Shown: piece after piece, positions 44,743-52,000 of the stretch
How positions within the stretch are numbered: position 1 is the stretch's first letter
Layout of the letters: the number at the start of each line of letters is the position of its first letter
Origin: an uncultured Chthonomonadales bacterium
GTDB taxonomy: Bacteria; Armatimonadota; Chthonomonadetes; Chthonomonadales; CAJBBX01
DNA length: 64,000 bases
Reading direction: 5' to 3'
NCBI GenBank assembly: GCA_938005745.1
Contig: CALLMM010000003.1
Span: forward strand, 10,572-74,571
The notes under the pieces: model-generated
What the model was told of the DNA's origin: nothing
The model's database searches: none
What the model saw: only the letters and a program-made list of their open reading frames with translations
Translations under genes and position numbers: made by a program

Positions 44743-45894
44743 TCAGTGTATGCCAGCCCGCTTCAGCGCGGCGTCCAGCTTCTCCTCGTTCAGTCCCACC
44801 AGACGGGAGATAATGCGCCCTGAGCGATTGATAACCACATTGGTCGGGGTCGCCTCCACGTTATAGAGCCTGGCGACATCGTCTTGCTGACCGTTGATAG
44901 CGGCATAGAAACGCGCCTGATAACGGTTCATGAAGGCGCGCACCTCTTCCGGCGTATCCTTCACATTCACGGAGATGATCACGAATCCGCGATCTCTGTG
45001 CGCGTTGTAGAGCTTGACCAGATGGGGAAACTCCTCCTGACAGGGCGGGCAGTCGTTGAAGAAGAAGTTCAGCAGAACCACCCTCCCCCTGAACTGAGAC
45101 AGTTGAATGGTCTCCCCGGCGGCGGTCTGCAAGATGAAGTCCGGGGCGGGAGGTCCGGTAACAATGTGGTCAACATACTCCAGCGGGGGAAGCGTGCTGA
45201 CGAGCCTTGCTCCCTCCGGGAGCGTGCGGCGGAACGTCTCCTCTGGAACCGGGCGGTCTATCGCGATATTCATGCGGTCTTCGATGACTTTTGGCTCTCC
45301 CGAACGATAGAGTACGACCCGGCGAATCAGGTTGTCCTCCACGGTAGCATAGACTCTGGCGTCAAACTCCTCATCATAGGGGAAGCGCAGAACATACGCC
45401 TGTCGGTCGCCAAAAGGCTTGAGTCCCTCCAGTTCCGCCTCCGTTATACGCTTTGCGAGAGGTATCTCTGAATTTCGCAGATTGCCCTGCAGGAGCAGGG
45501 AGATGATCTTCGCTCCCGGAGCCGGAACGTCCACCTTTCCCAGCAGGTCTGCGCCGATGAGACGCTGCGGCGCGCGCGATCGGGTATAGACGTTTCTGTC
45601 CGGGCGATAGGCGATCAACTCGCTTCCGTCGCTGACCACCAGTGTATTGACCTTCTCGCCCTTTATCTCCAGAATATACTTTCCGGGACGCTGTACTGCC
45701 AGATGCACCGTCGCCTTTATCTCCGGCTCGGCAAGCCGGTTGGTCCAGCTGGCGGTATCGGAGTAGGTCTGCAGATTGCGGTACGTGCTGCTGATCCGGT
45801 TCAGCACCGTGCTGAGAGAGGGGGGAGACTGCGCCTGCGCCCCCATGCAGAGCAGAGGAAGGGCGGCAAGGGCTGGGACTACTTTTCGTATCAT
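44743..45894 (-). CDS. Exported TlpA/ResA-like thiol:disulfide oxidoreductase fused to an N-terminal LolA-like/beta-barrel-half domain
   Basis: C-terminal thioredoxin fold with a CPPC active site (VVLLNFFFNDCPPCQEEFPHL). The ATG at 45894 is preceded by GGGAGG and gives the signal peptide MIRKVVPALAALPLLCMGAQAQ. The ~220-aa N-terminal domain assignment is an inference. Confidence 0.8.
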   Translation of the reverse strand: MIRKVVPALAALPLLCMGAQAQSPPSLSTVLNRISSTYRNLQTYSDTASWTNRLAEPEIKATVHLAVQRPGKYILEIKGEKVNTLVVSDGSELIAYRPDRNVYTRSRAPQRLIGADLLGKVDVPAPGAKIISLLLQGNLRNSEIPLAKRITEAELEGLKPFGDRQAYVLRFPYDEEFDARVYATVEDNLIRRVVLYRSGEPKVIEDRMNIAIDRPVPEETFRRTLPEGARLVSTLPPLEYVDHIVTGPPAPDFILQTAAGETIQLSQFRGRVVLLNFFFNDCPPCQEEFPHLVKLYNAHRDRGFVIISVNVKDTPEEVRAFMNRYQARFYAAINGQQDDVARLYNVEATPTNVVINRSGRIISRLVGLNEEKLDAALKRAGIH

Positions 45895-45965
45895 AGAAGC
45901 CTCCCTGATGGGATGAGATACAACTCTGTTCTCAAATGATCCTGTGGATTCCTTTGGCATGCATG

Positions 45966-45997
45966 AAAAAGAGGGCTGTCTCCTACGGACAGCCCTC
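45966..45997 (-). terminator. Rho-independent terminator of the six-gene membrane operon
   Basis: gagggctgtc (45971-45980) pairs with gacagccctc (45988-45997). On the minus strand it is followed by TTTTT (plus-strand A-run 45966-45970). It lies 21 nt past the stop of the last gene (46018). Confidence 0.75.
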
Positions 45998-46017
45998 CGT
46001 CATGCAGTCGTTACCGC

Positions 46018-46698
46018 TCACTTTAACCAGGGAACGAAGGTTCCGCCAAACTGCTTGATCAGAAAGTCCATGCGCGAGATGAAGAGCGCCATGCGCGCCA
46101 TGATGGTCGAGCCAAAGATCGCGCCGAACGCGATCATCAGAACCCATCGCCCGGTGTTGGCGGTCTTCTGGACGACCTTCGATTTGACCTCGAACGAGAA
46201 GAAGAAGTAGGTCATCACGCAGATGATAATCGCCAGGAAGATCAGGTTGTTGATCGCCCCCGACAGGGTAACCGCCTTCATGGAGCCTTCAGCAGCCTGC
46301 GGCACGATGGGCTTGAAGGTGGTAACGATCTGCTTGTAGTAGAGACCCGCAAAGGACTGGAAGGTCTGTCCCGCGCTCAGTCCCAGCAGGAAACCGATAC
46401 TGATGCGCGCCATCCAGTTATACTTGCGGCTGTAGATGAGGTAGAGCATCAGACCGAGCGGCAGCGCAAGAATCCACCACCATCGCCCCTCATGGAAGAT
46501 CCTCTGATAGAAGTTCGGATAGAGAACATCCACCCACGCCGTTCGTATGGTCCAGCCCATTGCCAGCCCGATGAAGGCGTGCTCAAAGAAGCGGTAGATT
46601 TTGTTCTCTTTGTAGAGAATCGAGTAGATGCCAAGGGTGCAGGCGACGGCGACCCACATCTGGATCGCCCCTGCGTTTGCGCTGATGAAATCGAGCAT
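46018..46698 (-). CDS. Uncharacterised polytopic membrane protein (operon gene 6 of 6)
   Basis: 226 aa with about 6 hydrophobic helices (e.g. IQMWVAVACTLGIYSILY, WWWILALPLGLMLYLIY, LIFLAIIICVMTYFFF). The ATG directly abuts the upstream TAG, with an AAGGAG SD inside the upstream gene. No motif recognised. Confidence 0.75.
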   Translation of the reverse strand: MLDFISANAGAIQMWVAVACTLGIYSILYKENKIYRFFEHAFIGLAMGWTIRTAWVDVLYPNFYQRIFHEGRWWWILALPLGLMLYLIYSRKYNWMARISIGFLLGLSAGQTFQSFAGLYYKQIVTTFKPIVPQAAEGSMKAVTLSGAINNLIFLAIIICVMTYFFFSFEVKSKVVQKTANTGRWVLMIAFGAIFGSTIMARMALFISRMDFLIKQFGGTFVPWLK

Positions 46699-47553
46699 CT
46701 ATCCAACTCCTTGCTGGGATTTCTGACGCCGCTTCTGTGCGAGATAACCGAGGTTGCCTACGACGATCAGGAGAATGATCAGGATATGGGAGACGGAGAG
46801 CGCCAGTCCCTGCGCGGTGGCTCTTCCCGGCTCCTTGACCAGTCCCTCATACTCCAGCGCGCCCTTCAGTCCGGTGAGCATACCGACCATCTGACCGGAA
46901 TCGAGATACTGATAGGCTTCCGGAGCCATGACGGCGGTCGGGCAGAAGACCAGAGGCGTTCCCTTGATGCCCTGCACGAAAGCCACCCACGACTCAAACG
47001 TCTGTGAGGGGGTAACCACGACCAGAACGCCTACATCATTGATATCCTTGAAACGCGCCATCATCGGCAGCCTGACATGGTCGCTGAGCGGAATATTTTT
47101 GGAATCCTGCTTCATGCCCTCCTGAAAGCCGCGTACCATCGCCTTCAGCGTGGCGTTGATCGTGCCGGGCGGTCTGAAGCCCCAGTTAATCCAGTCGGTT
47201 CCGTACTGGTAGTTATAGCGTTTGGCGAGCTTTTCGGCTTCCGCCGCCACCAGCTCTGGACCCTGCGGGTCGAAGCCCATGATGGCGAAGGGGAGACGTC
47301 GTTTCATCAGGTGATGCAGGATGGCGATGGTCTGCGCCCCGTTTTCGCCCCGCGTGCTGGCGGACCAGTCCGCGCCGATGATCACCAGCTTATCGGTGGG
47401 CGCGTTTTCGATCGCTTCAAAGGCGGAGCGCGCCTGATTGCTGGGGATGACCGGAAGCGGCTTGCGGGGGATCAACGCCAGTCCTACCGAGAGAAAGAGC
47501 AGAAGATAGACTATCCGGCGGTCTATGGTCTGTAGTTTTTCCAGGATGCTCAT
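46699..47553 (-). CDS. Uncharacterised bitopic protein: TM helix at each end flanking a ~230-aa soluble domain (operon gene 5 of 6)
   Basis: The ATG at 47553 is preceded by GGAGG, whereas the ORF-track start at 47559 is TTG. N-terminal helix IVYLLLFLSVGLALI and C-terminal helix LSVSHILIILLIVVGNLGYL. No catalytic or nucleotide-binding motif recognised. Confidence 0.75.
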   Translation of the reverse strand: MSILEKLQTIDRRIVYLLLFLSVGLALIPRKPLPVIPSNQARSAFEAIENAPTDKLVIIGADWSASTRGENGAQTIAILHHLMKRRLPFAIMGFDPQGPELVAAEAEKLAKRYNYQYGTDWINWGFRPPGTINATLKAMVRGFQEGMKQDSKNIPLSDHVRLPMMARFKDINDVGVLVVVTPSQTFESWVAFVQGIKGTPLVFCPTAVMAPEAYQYLDSGQMVGMLTGLKGALEYEGLVKEPGRATAQGLALSVSHILIILLIVVGNLGYLAQKRRQKSQQGVG

Positions 47554-47592
47554 ATTCAAACCTCCGCTGTGGAGCCGGTGAGTGCGCCGGAT

Positions 47593-48444
47593 CTAGACTT
47601 CGCGGTCAAAGTAGCTGCCGCGTTCCAGGCTGAGCCAGATACGCAGCGCCGTCGCCAGCAGACCGACGCCCAGACCAAAGCCGACCGCCCGCACCGCCGG
47701 GGCGTTGATCCGTGTCAGGAGCCAGTCGCTCATCGTCTCGATGCGCAGATTGGAGAGCGCGCCTTCCGTTGGCAGCCAGTTGGTGAGGAACTGCCCCGCA
47801 TAGACCTGACCGAGCATCACGATAAAGGCGGCTGCCATCAGAAGCGAGGCTTCGGCGTTTCTGACCCGGAACGCGCGATAGGCGGCGGAGACGATGTAGA
47901 AGGCGATGATGCTGAACATCGTGCCTTCCAGCGCCTGCAGTCCGCCCACGAAGAGGATGCTCCGGATATCCCGGTTGATCTGCGCTTCGCGGCTGAAAGG
48001 CTCCTCCACCATGATCCCGAAGGTCGCCATCAGGATCATGAAGGTGAAGAAGGTCAGGCTGTAGAACCAGCCGGTGCGGAAGCGCAGCAGCGTCTTCCCG
48101 TGGATCATCGTCAGGCTGTAGATGCCCAGTCCCAGAGCCAGAACCGCGACGATCTGTGCGAATTCGCTCATCGGAACCAGGAATCGGGTCAGCGCGTTGG
48201 TCTCCTTGCCGTCTATCAGTTCGGTCGGGAGGAAGAACTCGAGCGCATAGAAGAGACCTGCCAGGAACGTTACCACGGCGATCAGGCTCTTGCGCGCGCG
48301 CGGCTTTAAGAGTTGAAGTCCGAAGAAGATCACCACATAGGCGACGATCAGACCCATCAGGATCAGCCAGAGCGTCAGCCCTTTCTGGGGCGGGAAGCTG
48401 CGCGCAAACCATGCGGCGATCTCATCAACCATGTTACGAAGCAT
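47593..48444 (-). CDS. Uncharacterised polytopic membrane protein (operon gene 4 of 6)
   Basis: 283 aa with about 7 hydrophobic helices and a GGAGAG SD. The alternative-frame ORF 47606-48412 is Arg/Pro/Gly-rich and was rejected. Confidence 0.75.
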   Translation of the reverse strand: MLRNMVDEIAAWFARSFPPQKGLTLWLILMGLIVAYVVIFFGLQLLKPRARKSLIAVVTFLAGLFYALEFFLPTELIDGKETNALTRFLVPMSEFAQIVAVLALGLGIYSLTMIHGKTLLRFRTGWFYSLTFFTFMILMATFGIMVEEPFSREAQINRDIRSILFVGGLQALEGTMFSIIAFYIVSAAYRAFRVRNAEASLLMAAAFIVMLGQVYAGQFLTNWLPTEGALSNLRIETMSDWLLTRINAPAVRAVGFGLGVGLLATALRIWLSLERGSYFDREV

Positions 48445-48483
48445 CGGCTGCTCTCCGGTGGCGCGTCGGGCGCGCCGCTTCGT

Positions 48484-49266
48484 TTAGCGTTTCCACCACA
48501 GGGGCGTGAACCAGTTCATGAGGAAGTTGTCGGGTCCCATAATTGTCGTGATGAGGACACCCAGAATGCAGATCAGCAGGATGACCGCTTTGCCGATATC
48601 CTGACCGACTAGGCTTCCGACGAGGGTCGGTTCGCGGGTCAGAAAGGCGGTTGCCGCGTAGAACTCGTCTCCGATGATCACGTAGTCGCATGCGGCGATC
48701 AGGAAGGGTATCTGGGTGGTGGAGGGCGTTCCCGCGACCTGAATGGCGCCAATCTGGTTGGCGTTCTCCGCCATGATGAGCGATTCGGCGAAGAAGAGAC
48801 CGAAGAGGAAGGCGGTGGCGACCTTCTCGCGGTTGATCAGTCCCGCTACGCCGGCAGCGAAAGCAAACTGGCGGTCGCTGAGAAACATGATGTCTTCCGC
48901 GCGGAAGCTCTCGACGCGCCCCTCCAGGTTGTACGATTCGCGGATCGCCTCCTCCGCCACGGGGATAAAGGAGGCGTCCGCGACCGGCATGATGATCCGG
49001 TTGCCAAACCGCGCCGCCGCGCGCGCCACATAGGCAAGGATCGCCAGCGCCTGCAGGGTGATCACGTCAATGCCCCCCAGTCCGGGCTGCAGGAGCATCG
49101 GGCGCCCCATCTCCGTGGCGCGTCCCACCGCGTCATCAATGGCGTTCAGACCGGGGATGCGTCGGATGAAGGGCTGTTTCCCGCGGCGGGAACGAAAGAT
49201 CATGGTAAGAATAGCCGCACAGATGATAAAGGTCAGCGTGCTGTTCACAGGATCGGAATGTTCCAT
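48484..49266 (-). CDS. Uncharacterised membrane protein with N- and C-terminal TM helices and a central conserved-looking domain (operon gene 3 of 6)
   Basis: 260 aa. N-terminal helix LTFIICAAILTMIF, central region ...IPGLNAIDDAVGRATEMGRPMLLQPGLGGIDVITLQALAILAYVARAAARFGNRIIMPVAD..., and C-terminal helix AVILLICILGVLITTIM. It may correspond to a DUF family that I cannot verify. Confidence 0.75.
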   Translation of the reverse strand: MEHSDPVNSTLTFIICAAILTMIFRSRRGKQPFIRRIPGLNAIDDAVGRATEMGRPMLLQPGLGGIDVITLQALAILAYVARAAARFGNRIIMPVADASFIPVAEEAIRESYNLEGRVESFRAEDIMFLSDRQFAFAAGVAGLINREKVATAFLFGLFFAESLIMAENANQIGAIQVAGTPSTTQIPFLIAACDYVIIGDEFYAATAFLTREPTLVGSLVGQDIGKAVILLICILGVLITTIMGPDNFLMNWFTPLWWKR

Positions 49267-49307
49267 GGAGAGTGCCTCTACTCAGTGTTGATCCGGTTGA
49301 CGGCGTA

Positions 49308-49877
49308 TCAGGAAGCGGACGGCGGCGTCTGATCCTGCGCATCTCGTCTGCGCCTGCGGGGTCTGGAGCGGGGAGCCGGCGGATCCGATACCACTGTGTC
49401 CACTCTCTCTGGAAAAGGTCGGAGCGATTTGACAGCTCTCAGCACCGACTCGCGATCCCCCGTCTGCCCGTCCGGCGCAAACCGCAGAAAAACTCCCCGA
49501 AAGTTGTCCAGTCGCGACGGCGAGGGCAGGGGGGAGAGCCTGACCCCGTCTTTGTAGAGCAGAACGCGCCGCACCCTCTTCCACTCAATCTCAAAGCGAT
49601 TTGCCCCATACCGGCAGCGCGCGGCGAGGTTGGTCAGGCGATACTGACAGGGACAGAGATACTCGGCAGCGGCGGAGAGTATCATCAATATTGCCGCGAA
49701 GGAGAAGAAGAGATTGTGAAAGAGCATCCAGGCAACGGACGCCACAAACAGGGAGGCTCCCAGAACGACCGGCAGACGCTGCGGCTGTTGCCGCAGCAGA
49801 TGAATATTCCAGACGAGATGATCCGTCTCTTGCAGTGGCTCCGCTTCTGAAGCAGGGTGGGTTTGCTGATTAATCAT
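49308..49877 (-). CDS. Uncharacterised protein: TM hairpin plus beta-rich (bacterial PH-like?) domain and Arg/Pro-rich tail (operon gene 2 of 6)
   Basis: Two adjacent hydrophobic helices (LPVVLGASLFVASVAWMLF, LFFSFAAILMILSAAAEYL), then ...RFEIEWKRVRRVLLYKDGVRLSPLP..., ending in PRSRPRRRRRDAQDQ. Confidence 0.65.
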   Translation of the reverse strand: MINQQTHPASEAEPLQETDHLVWNIHLLRQQPQRLPVVLGASLFVASVAWMLFHNLFFSFAAILMILSAAAEYLCPCQYRLTNLAARCRYGANRFEIEWKRVRRVLLYKDGVRLSPLPSPSRLDNFRGVFLRFAPDGQTGDRESVLRAVKSLRPFPERVDTVVSDPPAPRSRPRRRRRDAQDQTPPSAS

Positions 49878-49964
49878 CCCATCGTGATTCGGTTTAGAGT
49901 GAGAGCTTCCCGGGGTTGAGGTGCGGATAAGGCTGAACCATTATAGACGTTCGCCCGCGAAATG

Positions 49965-50336
49965 TCAACCGGCTCCCTCCGGTTTACCGCTCTCTCCGCT
50001 CTCTGTTTCGACGCTTCGAAGATGAGAAAGCTCTTCGATCCGGTCAATCAGAAGCTCGATATTCTCGCGCTTCTCGATCAGTTTTGCCGCCAGCTGGACG
50101 TTGCCGATCCCCACAAACGGTGCGATGAAGGGAGAGGTAACGACCAGGCTCTGACTGGCGACAAAGGTCAGGGGCTTGTGCATCTCCAGAAAGAGGATGG
50201 CGGGCGTCTGCATGCCCCGTTTGACGATGCCCTGCGCGATCTTCTCGATCAGGTCGTCACGCTCCTGCGGGGTCAGGTCTTCCGTCCAGTCGCGCATCAG
50301 CAGCGATCTCCAGAGTGTCGTGGTTGAAACCGACAT
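49965..50336 (-). CDS. Uncharacterised small protein (operon gene 1 of 6)
   Basis: 123 aa. The mid-section is moderately hydrophobic (TPAILFLEMHKPLTFVASQSLVVTSPFIAPFVGIG) and the tail is a C-terminal acidic coil. It is the first ORF downstream of the consensus promoter. Confidence 0.6.
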   Translation of the reverse strand: MSVSTTTLWRSLLMRDWTEDLTPQERDDLIEKIAQGIVKRGMQTPAILFLEMHKPLTFVASQSLVVTSPFIAPFVGIGNVQLAAKLIEKRENIELLIDRIEELSHLRSVETESGESGKPEGAG

Positions 50337-50366
50337 GCCGGGGGGCGTCAGGCGGTTACCCTGCCG

Positions 50367-50395
50367 ATTATAGTGTCTGGCGTATGCTGTGTCAA
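50367..50395 (-). promoter_or_regulatory. Perfect consensus sigma-70 promoter TTGACA-N17-TATAAT driving the six-gene membrane operon
   Basis: Plus-strand tgtcaa at 50390-50395 and attata at 50367-50372 are separated by exactly 17 nt. The predicted +1 near 50360 gives a ~24-nt leader before ATG 50336. Confidence 0.65.
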
Positions 50396-50486
50396 TCCCC
50401 GATCAACGCTCCGGTATGAATACCTTTACAAACGGGCAGAGTTTGTGGATGTGACGGGGTTTTTTAAGTAGGAAATGTGAAAATGG

Positions 50487-50515
50487 TTGACAGTGTGAAG
50501 CGTGTCTGGTATACT
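50487..50515 (+). promoter_or_regulatory. Sigma-70 promoter TTGACA-N17-TATACT for infC-rpmI-rplT
   Basis: TTGACA at 50487-50492, a 17-nt spacer, and TATACT at 50510-50515. It is divergent from the operon promoter 92 bp away and lies inside the ORF-track infC extension. Confidence 0.6.
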
Positions 50516-50563
50516 TTGCTTCGTTTCCGCGAACGTTTTTTTGACTTTAGAGAGGTAGTAAAC

Positions 50564-51094
50564 ATCAACAAAGATTTTCGTGTCAACGAACAGATTCTGC
50601 GGCCTCACAAGGACTATCCGCGTGTCCGTGACGTGCGTCTGATCGACGAGAACGGTGAGCAGATGGGGATTGTGAATGTCCGTGAGGCTCTGCAGATTGC
50701 GGGCGAGCGAGGACTGGATCTGATCGAGGTCGCTCCTCTAGCCAGTCCCCCTGTCTGCCGTATCATGGACTATGGACGCTACAAGTACGAGCAGTCCAAG
50801 AAAGAGAAAGAGTCGCAGAAGAAGCAGAAGGGCGGCGATATCAAGGGGATCTGGTTTCGCCCGGGAACCGATGACCACGACGTAGATTTTAAGATCAAAA
50901 GCATCATCAAGTTCCTGAAAGAGGGCGATAAGGTGAAGGTCACCGTGCGTTTCCGAAGCCGCGAAATCACCCATCCGGAATTCGCCCGCAAACTTCTGGA
51001 TCGTGTTGTTGAGATGGCTGGCGAGGTAGCGTCTGTGGAGAAGCCCGCGGCGATGGAGGGCAGAACCATGACGATGATCCTCGCTCCTAAATAG
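50564..51094 (+). CDS. infC: Translation initiation factor IF-3 (probable non-AUG start)
   Basis: INKDFRVNEQI...VRLIDENGEQMGIV...PPVCRIMDYGRYKYEQSKKEKE aligns by eye with IF-3 N-termini. ATC at 50564 lies 8 nt after GAGAGG. The upstream in-frame GTG/ATG codons (50477, 50483) lie upstream of the predicted +1. Confidence 0.85.
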   Translation: MNKDFRVNEQILRPHKDYPRVRDVRLIDENGEQMGIVNVREALQIAGERGLDLIEVAPLASPPVCRIMDYGRYKYEQSKKEKESQKKQKGGDIKGIWFRPGTDDHDVDFKIKSIIKFLKEGDKVKVTVRFRSREITHPEFARKLLDRVVEMAGEVASVEKPAAMEGRTMTMILAPK

Positions 51095-51122
51095 ACGTTC
51101 CAGTCGTCTTATTGCGCTCCGG

Positions 51123-51157
51123 CGACCCTCCGCCCGCTGAAGGTGAGCGGAGGGTCG
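51123..51157 (+). other. 11-bp hairpin in the infC-rpmI spacer (possible attenuator or L20-responsive element)
   Basis: cgaccctccgc (51123-51133) pairs with gcggagggtcg (51147-51157), followed by tttctg. The function is not determinable from sequence. Confidence 0.35.
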
Positions 51158-51231
51158 TTTCTGCCGCATCCATATACACAAAAACTGGCAGAGGAGAGGA
51201 ATCTCCTGCCGGAAAATGAGGATTTTCACGC

Positions 51232-51432
51232 ATGTCCAAGCTGAAGACTCGTAAAACCGCCGCCAAGCGCTTCAAAATCAGCGCAAACGGCAAGTTAATG
51301 CGAAGATGCACCGGGCTGAACCACCTGATGCGAAAAAAAAGCATGTCGCGCCGGCGCAGACTCCTCAAAGGGAGTGTGCTCTTCCAGGGCGACAACAAGC
51401 GCATGAGCCGCATGATGGGCGAAGGCGCATAA
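51232..51432 (+). CDS. rpmI: 50S ribosomal protein L35
   Basis: MSKLKTRKTAAKRFKISANGKLMRR. 66 aa. Confidence 0.95.
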   Translation: MSKLKTRKTAAKRFKISANGKLMRRCTGLNHLMRKKSMSRRRRLLKGSVLFQGDNKRMSRMMGEGA

Positions 51433-51506
51433 CTGTTAGATATCAACACGAGGGAATGGGACGCAAAGCGGGCTGACGCCCCTCCCATCCGATAGGAGAG
51501 TGAATC

Positions 51507-51872
51507 ATGCCGCGCGTGAAACGCGGGACGCTTGTCAAAAAGCGCCATAAAAAGATCATTGAGTCCGCCTCCGGGTACTGGGGCGGTAAGAAGAATCTCT
51601 TCAAGACCGCCAATGAGCAGTTCCAGCACAGCGGAAACTACGCCTACCGGGACCGACGCAACAAAAAACGCCACTTCCGACAGCTCTGGATTGCGCGGAT
51701 CAGCGCCGCCTGTCGTCTGAATGGCGTCAGCTACAACCGTTTTATCGAGGGGTTAACCAAGTCTGGGATTGTCGTGGATCGCAAGATCCTGTCTGAACTG
51801 GCAGTTTCGGACCCGGGCGCGTTTACGCAGCTCGTGGCTCAGTCGGCGAGCGCGCTGCGTCCTGCGGGCTAG
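51507..51872 (+). CDS. rplT: 50S ribosomal protein L20
   Basis: MPRVKRGTLVKKRHKKIIESASGYWGGKKNLFKTANEQ. 121 aa. Confidence 0.95.
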   Translation: MPRVKRGTLVKKRHKKIIESASGYWGGKKNLFKTANEQFQHSGNYAYRDRRNKKRHFRQLWIARISAACRLNGVSYNRFIEGLTKSGIVVDRKILSELAVSDPGAFTQLVAQSASALRPAG

Positions 51873-51915
51873 CCTGCCGGGAATGGCGGGTCCCACACCT
51901 ATCTCTTACACACGA

Positions 51916-51973
51916 CGCTCCGTTCGCCGCTTCTCAGCAGCCATCTGACTGAAGCGGGTGCGGAGCGTTTTTT
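51916..51973 (+). terminator. Rho-independent terminator/attenuator between rplT and pheS
   Basis: Long interrupted hairpin: outer arms cgctccg (51916-51922) and cggagcg (51961-51967), inner arms ccgcttc and gaagcgg. It is followed by TTTTTT (51968-51973), 28 nt before the pheS ATG. Confidence 0.7.
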
Positions 51974-52000
51974 CTTGTTCTGGCGAAAGGGGTTTGCAGA

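Noticed and set aside
47606-48412. 268-aa alternative-frame ORF inside operon gene 4 (47593-48444)
   Set aside because: It is on the same strand but in a different frame. Its product is Arg/Pro/Gly/Asp-rich, whereas the chosen frame gives regular hydrophobic helices, a GGAGAG SD, and proper spacing to neighbouring genes.
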